This document shows, one piece after another, positions 58,989-64,000 of a stretch of DNA of 64,000 bases (position 1 is its first letter; every line of letters begins with the position of its first letter). This DNA is from Prevotella sp. GTDB lineage: Bacteria > Bacteroidota > Bacteroidia > Bacteroidales > Bacteroidaceae. The DNA lies in contig JAEEQH010000013.1 in NCBI GenBank assembly GCA_016285245.1, forward strand, positions 12,415 through 76,414. Reading direction: 5' to 3'. Under the pieces are notes generated by a model. It had not been told where the DNA came from, searched no databases, and was given only the letters and a program-made list of their open reading frames with translations. Position numbers and translations under genes: made by a program.

Positions 58989-59043
58989 ATACCTTATTTA
59001 TTTTTATTTGAACTTTCCGAATTTAATGAAGTTACCGAACTAA

Positions 59044-59059
59044 TGCAAAAAGTGTGCCA
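59044..59059 (-). promoter_or_regulatory. Sigma54-type -24/-12 promoter of htpG
   Basis: Minus strand TGGCACACTTTTTGCA matches TGGCAC-N5-TTGCA exactly, about 55 bp upstream of the ATG. Confidence 0.75.
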
Positions 59060-59105
59060 AACCACATCCTTCAGAAAAAGTCGACTCATTATCGAAATCT
59101 TTTTA

Positions 59106-59131
59106 CGCTCAGGGGGACAGCCCCCTGAGCG
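59106..59131. repeat. GC-rich REP-like hairpin after the VapE gene
   Basis: CGCTCAGGGGG-ACAG-CCCCCTGAGCG, perfect 11-bp stem with no U-tract on the VapE strand. Confidence 0.7.
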
Positions 59132-59135
59132 AATG

Positions 59136-60653
59136 TCATTCTCGCCTGGCGACATACCAGCCGCGTTGTCCGCCGACGGCACCGTGGGCGAAGTGCTGCG
59201 CCTTCAGGGCCAAGAGCAGCTGCCGCATGTTCGGACGGTCGTTGCCGCGGGCATACTGCACCAGGTCGGCCAGGATGTCGACGGCGCGCATGAAGTGCTC
59301 CTTCTGGCGCGGCGCGGGCTCGTAGTGAGCCTCGAGCAGCAGTTCGGCGGTGGTGGCTGTCAGGAAGCGCTCGTTGTAGTCGGCCATCAGCTGCTCCTCC
59401 TCAGCGCTCATCCAGTAGGCCTCGCCGTGCTCCAGCTCGTGGAGCGCCTGGGCGTAGAGCTGCTGGTAGTCCAGCGGCGTGGCGGTGTCGATGGTGCCGC
59501 TCACCTCGCAGCACAGGTAGCGTCGCGAGCCCGTGCGGTCGGTCAGCGGCTGCATTTCGTTGGTGGTGGCGATGAACGAGGCCATGCGCTGCAACAGCAG
59601 GTACTGGTCCGAACGCATACGGCGCACCTGTACGTCGCGCTCGGTGAGTAGGCGCTTGATCTTGGCCTGCTCGCGGTCGCTCTTGGCGTTGTACTCGTCG
59701 ATGTTCACCAGCGCCATGCGGCTCAGCATACGCTCCACCTGCTCGGCGCTGTCCAGCTTGATGTCGTCAATATAGTATTCGCGTAGCGAGCGCGGGACGA
59801 TGAGCTTGCAGAACGTGGACTTACGGCAGCCCTGCGCACCGATGAGCATCGGCACGACGGCGTTGCCGTAGTCGGCGCTGCAGCCCGTCCACTGCGCCAC
59901 CATGCCCAGGAACCAGCGGTGGAACAGCCGGCGCCAGTGGGGGTGCGACGAGGGCACGCGGTCGGCCAGCTTGCCGATGTAGTCCGTCTGCCCGTCCCAT
60001 GCGCCGCAGCCGGCAAGGAATTCGTGCAGCGGGTTGTAGTCGGCCGTCAGCGACGACTGCGCGTACTGCTTGATGTCGATGGGCCACGCCGCACCGCAGT
60101 CGAGCATCTGCTCCTGGCCCAGGCGGTTGATGTCGCGCTCAGTGAGCGTCTGCCACGGCTGGGGGCCGATGGCACGCGGACGGAACTCCTCGCTCTGCTT
60201 CAGGACGTTGAAGCGCAGCTCGTAGCGGCGCTCGAAGAAGTCGCGCACCTTACGGGCGATGCGCTCCTTCGACGACATGGCCGACCAGGGGCGCCCCGAG
60301 GTGTTGCGGCGGTAGGCGATGCGGAAGATGCGGCGCACACCCTCCATACCGAGGTTCCAGCGCTGGTAGGCTCCCGTGCGGCGCACGCACGCCTCCTCAG
60401 GGAGCCCCGCCTTCCGGCACAGCTCCGCCAGGTGCGTTACCAGCTGCTCGCCGAAGAGCGCATCGTCCTCCGTCACGCTCACCTCGTCCCACGCCCGGTC
60501 AAGGCAGGCGTAGTACTCCTCGCGCTCGCGCTTCAGCGTGTCCGGGCTCATCGTCTCCGGCTCGTTCACCACCCATCCGTCGCTGTCGGTCCGCGCGTTG
60601 GGGTACGCACGGCGCAGCGCCTCTACCGTTGTGTTCACATTCTTCTTTTCCAT
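59136..60653 (-). CDS. VapE/VirE-family SF3 helicase-like NTPase with DUF3874-like C-terminus
   Basis: Walker A GAQGCRKST, Walker B LVNIDE, motif C FIATTN, LTDRTGSRRY, YNPLHEFL..WDG, QLYAQAL; TATCTTTG promoter at 60763-60770. Confidence 0.88.
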   Translation of the reverse strand: MEKKNVNTTVEALRRAYPNARTDSDGWVVNEPETMSPDTLKREREEYYACLDRAWDEVSVTEDDALFGEQLVTHLAELCRKAGLPEEACVRRTGAYQRWNLGMEGVRRIFRIAYRRNTSGRPWSAMSSKERIARKVRDFFERRYELRFNVLKQSEEFRPRAIGPQPWQTLTERDINRLGQEQMLDCGAAWPIDIKQYAQSSLTADYNPLHEFLAGCGAWDGQTDYIGKLADRVPSSHPHWRRLFHRWFLGMVAQWTGCSADYGNAVVPMLIGAQGCRKSTFCKLIVPRSLREYYIDDIKLDSAEQVERMLSRMALVNIDEYNAKSDREQAKIKRLLTERDVQVRRMRSDQYLLLQRMASFIATTNEMQPLTDRTGSRRYLCCEVSGTIDTATPLDYQQLYAQALHELEHGEAYWMSAEEEQLMADYNERFLTATTAELLLEAHYEPAPRQKEHFMRAVDILADLVQYARGNDRPNMRQLLLALKAQHFAHGAVGGQRGWYVARRE

Positions 60654-60654
60654 A

Positions 60655-60757
60655 CTCAATATCTTAATTTCTTAATTTCTCAATCCCTCAATCTCTCAAT
60701 CCCTCAATTTTTCAATTTTTCAATTTTTCAATCTTTCAATTTTTCAATCTTTCAATC
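60655..60757. repeat. 13-copy octamer array (YTCAATYT-like) forming the VapE 5' leader
   Basis: ctcaatat cttaattt cttaattt ctcaatcc ctcaatct ctcaatcc ctcaattt ttcaattt ttcaattt ttcaatct ttcaattt ttcaatct ttcaatc. Confidence 0.92.
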
Positions 60758-60929
60758 GCCCGCAAAGATACGACGTTTCCGGAGAACCGGCAAGGAAACA
60801 GCCCAACCCGCTCAAATCCTAAGTTTACAACCACTTGATAACAAGCACCTTACAGCCCCAGTTTCGCTTTTACTCCTGACCACGCCTGTCTCACCACTTT
60901 TGGCACTGGCCACGATAGTCGAGTATATT

Positions 60930-61219
60930 ATATAGGAAAACCAAAAACCACCCGCACCCGCCACACCCGCCGCACCTAAATCTTTTACTGGGTCGGCCTA
61001 TGGCCTCAAAATTATAAGAAAATTGAATAAAAAAATTATAACCCTGCTTTATAGCCGTCCCTTATCAAGGGACTCAAAATATAATTTTGAAACAAATTTT
61101 TTTATAATTTTGAGCGAAGCGACCATATTAGGAGAGACTGAGTAGATTACCATAATTCTAAATTCAATTTAGGTGCGGTGGGTGCGCCGGGTGCGGGTAC
61201 TTTTCCGCTTTCCCTATAT
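60930..61219. repeat. About 290-bp origin-like imperfect palindrome: GC-rich 9-mer arms around an AT-rich core
   Basis: 60950-60981 vs 61167-61198 match at 29/32 (CACCCGCCG-type units); outer ATATAGG..AAA ends on both sides; inner inverted repeat 61005-61024 / 61095-61114 at 19/20. Confidence 0.88.
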
Positions 61220-61237
61220 GATGATCATTTTCTGGAA

Positions 61238-61405
61238 AAAGCTGACCTTTACAATCCTAAAGCTGACCTTTACTGACGAGAAGGTAAGTCTTTTTCTGGA
61301 AAAGGTGACCTTTAGCCGTGAGAAGATGACCTTTAGAACTCTAAAGGTGACCTTTAGCGCCGAAAAGGTGGTCTTTAGAAACGAAAAGGTGGTCTTTAGA
61401 AACGA
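61238..61405. repeat. 21-bp-period array of AAAGGTGACCTTT-type palindromes (8 units, copy B)
   Basis: Units start at 61238, 61259, 61280, 61301, 61322, 61343, 61364 and 61385; a conserved core of about 14 bp plus about 7 variable bp. Confidence 0.92.
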
Positions 61406-61756
61406 AGAGAGTTTTTTAGAGACAAATGGATTGTGTGATTTAAGAAACGAATTTGAATAATTAAAACGAATTTTACCCACGAATTTTTCTTAATTATATT
61501 TTCATCATCGCAGAATATAATAATTAGTATAATTCGTGGACCAAATTAGGATCAATTAGGATAATTCGTTTCTAAGAAAACCCCACCCATTCGTTTCCTT
61601 GAGGTTGAAAATGCGTTAATGGAGGTTGAATATCCGTTAATAGGACTGATAAAATTGTCCGATATATATGATAAAATTGTCCGAGCTATTGCAAATACCA
61701 TTTTTTTCCCCTATCTTTGCCATCAAATTACGAACTAAATAAAGGACTATAAGCTT

Positions 61757-61930
61757 ATGGAAACATCAATTATCATTCTACTCTCCGTCGCCGTCGTGGT
61801 GCTCATGGTGCTCGTGGTGGTACTTGTGCGGCGCTCCATCATTCAGGGTGATGAAATCAAGACGAAGGACAGCACCATCGTGCGCGAGGTGTGCCGCAAC
61901 CTGGAGCTGCGCCAGCGTGCGGAGTGTTAA
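61757..61930 (+). CDS. 57-aa single-TM peptide, possibly the truncated leader of a surface-protein gene
   Basis: METSIIILLSVAVVVLMVLVVVLVRRSIIQGDEIKTKDSTIVREVCRNLELRQRAEC; TATCTTTG promoter at 61712-61719; below the ORF-track length cutoff. Confidence 0.6.
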   Translation: METSIIILLSVAVVVLMVLVVVLVRRSIIQGDEIKTKDSTIVREVCRNLELRQRAEC

Positions 61931-62054
61931 AAATGTGAGAATATGGGTAAAGACGGCGTGCAGCGAGGACGTGGTCTACGAGGGGACAAGCAACGTCTCC
62001 CGTGAGGCCAATGCCTTGCTGCAGGTGACGACGCGCGGCGCGAGCGATCTCTAA
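61931..62054 (+). pseudogene. Out-of-frame coding-like remnant after the 57-aa ORF
   Basis: GC-rich, codon-like segment reading NVRIWVKTACSEDVVYEGTSNVSREANALLQVTT with no credible start of its own. Confidence 0.35.
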
Positions 62055-62218
62055 CTTACTGAGACAACGTCCGGAGCAGCGAGTGCCAACATGCTCGCAT
62101 GATTGGCCGAGTCGCGACGGACGAAGATGAAATCAAACGGATATTTTCCTCCAAAGACTTGGAGGATTGGGGAAATAGTTGTATATTTGCAGCCAGAAAC
62201 AAATAAACAACGAGGATT

Positions 62219-62536
62219 ATGGAAGCAAAGAAGATAGAATTCACCAAGCCTGTTGGTTCTCTCAGAGAGTCTGTGCGTCGGCAACTCGCCTATCAGCGAG
62301 AGAAGCGTGAGCGCATTGCCCGCGAAGAAGAATACTGGCAGCAGGAAGCAGAACGCGCCAAGGCTGATCCTTTCTACCAGATTGGTTCCTATGACAGCAT
62401 GACCGCTTGCGAACCTGCTCCCATCCGAGAACCGGAGTTCAGGCCTGGTAGTTTTGCTAAAGCCATTCGCGCCTATCGGAAATACCGCGAGGAGAAACTG
62501 AAAGCAGTTGAAACTAATCTGGCTAACCAAGCATGA
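62219..62536 (+). CDS. Small charged hypothetical protein, coupled to the downstream gene
   Basis: Own TATATTTG promoter (62182-62189); ATGA overlap with the next ORF. Confidence 0.7.
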   Translation: MEAKKIEFTKPVGSLRESVRRQLAYQREKRERIAREEEYWQQEAERAKADPFYQIGSYDSMTACEPAPIREPEFRPGSFAKAIRAYRKYREEKLKAVETNLANQA

Positions 62537-63027
62537 AAGCACTTGAGCTGAACATCCTTAACCGACTCGCCCCGTACGAAGTGGAGCTGAGAGACGGAGA
62601 GTATTACTTCCATACCGATTTCGACATCGTGTATTCTGCCGAGTTCAAGTACGAGCCAGCCTTTGGAGGCACGCCCGCCTATTGGTTCGACTTAACGAAC
62701 CGCAGCGGCAAGGCCTCGCCCAGCGACCCGAAGGTGCGCGAGACGGTGATACGCATCATCGTAGAGTTCTTCCGAGCCAACCCCGACATCATGCTCTATA
62801 TGTGCGATAGCGCCAACGACCAGCAGGCTCAGCGCAACCGTCTGTTCCTACGTTGGTTTATGGGAGCCGAGCAGAGCAAGCTGTTTTACATCAAGACTGA
62901 AATGGTGATAGACGAGGGCGTGGAGAATTTCATAGCCATCATCGTGCCGCGCAGCCATCCCTATCTGGAGGACATCATAGAGCGTTTCGATGCCGAAATC
63001 GCTATGTTCCGCGCTAACAAGCCGTAG
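62533..63027 (+). CDS. DUF6169-like protein
   Basis: DPKVRETV..IIVEFF..N..MLYMCDSANDQQAQRNRLFLRWF resembles the Bacteroidota DUF6169 pattern as recalled. Confidence 0.7.
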   Translation: MKALELNILNRLAPYEVELRDGEYYFHTDFDIVYSAEFKYEPAFGGTPAYWFDLTNRSGKASPSDPKVRETVIRIIVEFFRANPDIMLYMCDSANDQQAQRNRLFLRWFMGAEQSKLFYIKTEMVIDEGVENFIAIIVPRSHPYLEDIIERFDAEIAMFRANKP

Positions 63028-63120
63028 GCAACACTTCCCCCAAACAAAATCGCGAGCGTGAGCGATTTCGAGCAAAGCTCAAATATCCGCCAAGACATCA
63101 TTACGATGGGTGGATGGCGC

Positions 63121-63213
63121 ATAAATGTTGTCTTCTGTTGTCCCTGTTGTCTTTAACACAACTATAGGCTTTGTTTTTCTAATTCAACAGGGACAACAGA
63201 AGACAACATTTAT
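63121..63213. repeat. Perfect 29-bp inverted repeat with arms of TGTTGTC-containing 9/10-mers
   Basis: ATAAATGTTGTCTTCTGTTGTCCCTGTTG (63121-63149) and its reverse complement (63185-63213). Confidence 0.92.
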
Positions 63214-63529
63214 ATTTCGCCTACGACAGCAACCGCTGTCTACGGAGTCCGTGAGTGATTCAAGGCGTAGCAAAATCCAACCATAAATCTCCAACAAATC
63301 AGAACGTAAATGCCGCCTCCAACCCCGCCGCCTGTTTTTTCGGCTTTTAACGTTATTTAAGAAGAAGACGAGCCGATTTTGCAGAATAATTTGTATTTTT
63401 GTAACCGAAAACCTAATAATCAATCAGCAGCTATCACTAACTGTTGCCACAACCGCGATTAAACGAAGATCTTTAGAGCTAACAGAGTCATTAAAAACTA
63501 TTTTTTATTAACATAAACTGTAAAAACGT

Positions 63530-64000
63530 ATGAAAAGAACAAGATTACTACTTCTGCTCGCGCTGCTGATGACGGCAGTAACGGGCGTGTGGGCGCAATC
63601 AGCTACCCACGAATATGTAGACCTTGGCCTGCCCAGCGGCACGCTGTGGGCTACTTGTAACATGGGAGCCGACTCACCCGAACAGTACGGTGACCGCTAC
63701 GCCTGGGGCGAGACGGAAACCAAGTCCTACTACGAATGGAGCAACTACTTGCTGAACGTTGGTTCTGGCACCCATAACATCCTTAAGTACTGCTCTGACG
63801 ACAAATGGGGCTACGACGGCTTCACCGACGGACTGACACGTCTGCTCCCCGAGGATGACGCAGCCACCGTCAACTGGGGCGAAGAGTGGCGTATGCCGAC
63901 ACAGGATGACTTCCGTGAGCTGGTAGCTAACACCACTCAGGAGAGTACCACCATAGGAAGTGTTAAAGGCATGAAATTCATCTCAAAGACCGATCCCAAC
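63530..64000 (+). CDS. Secreted protein with a VDLGLPSGTLWATCN domain (Fib_succ_major/DUF1566-like), 5' part
   Basis: Manual translation: MKRTRLLLLLALLMTAVTGVWA-QSATHEYVDLGLPSGTLWATCNMGA..PEQYGDRYAWGET..DDAATVNWGEEWRMPT; TATTTTTG promoter at 63394-63401; runs off the window end. Confidence 0.85.
   Translation, partial: MKRTRLLLLLALLMTAVTGVWAQSATHEYVDLGLPSGTLWATCNMGADSPEQYGDRYAWGETETKSYYEWSNYLLNVGSGTHNILKYCSDDKWGYDGFTDGLTRLLPEDDAATVNWGEEWRMPTQDDFRELVANTTQESTTIGSVKGMKFISKTDPN

Noticed and set aside
61238-61405. CRISPR array interpretation of the 21-bp repeats (also 22236-22340)
   Set aside because: Cores are about 14 bp and variable parts about 7 bp, far below CRISPR repeat and spacer sizes; some spacers recur and no cas genes are present.
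61173-61480. Heptad-repeat ORFs over the arrays (61173-61460 +, 61214-61480 -, 22116-22340 -, 22234-22803 +) as genes
   Set aside because: Open frames on both strands follow from a 21-bp quasi-palindromic unit without stops; starts are weak and base composition differs from real genes. Not called, though not fully excluded.
63530-64000. Diversity-generating retroelement around the VDLGLPSG-domain protein
   Set aside because: No reverse transcriptase and no TR/VR pair differing at adenines is visible; the gene is cut by the window edge, so this cannot be fully assessed.

Overview
Chromosomal window from a Bacteroidota organism, very probably a rumen/gut Prevotella-like species (TAnnTTTG -7 promoters, GC-rich codons, AT-rich intergenic DNA). 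Most of it is housekeeping and metabolic: prmA (partial), Mrp/ApbC, trmB, uxaB, TamB-like protein, nqrABCDEF, nucleoside kinase, map, iorAB plus an aminotransferase, GH43, a panB-panC-panD-coaBC-DUF2520-type II PanK operon, a histidine phosphatase, tRNA-Phe, thiL-lpxK-sppA, GH28, groESL, a DUF4450-like glycosidase, cydAB, a TolC/HlyD/ABC-2 permease exporter and htpG. The unusual content is mostly non-coding. (1) A composite element occurs twice, at about 21.75-22.34 kb and 60.9-61.7 kb. Each copy has an inverted repeat whose arms are three 9-mer repeats plus a TATAT end, a 21-bp-phased array of AAAGGTGACCTTT-type palindromes, and an AAACGAA block. The second copy adjoins a VapE/VirE-type SF3 helicase gene, both copies adjoin fragments of surface-protein genes, and no integrase is visible. 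(2) Short 7- and 8-bp tandem arrays fill many gene junctions, occur in frame inside at least five conserved enzymes, and in three cases enclose a cGAAg-loop mini-hairpin. (3) Several unrelated palindromes share the same repeat-armed architecture. Also seen: sigma54-type promoters on groESL and htpG, and a candidate stand-alone sRNA after groEL. All family names come from recognising motifs by eye; no database search was run.
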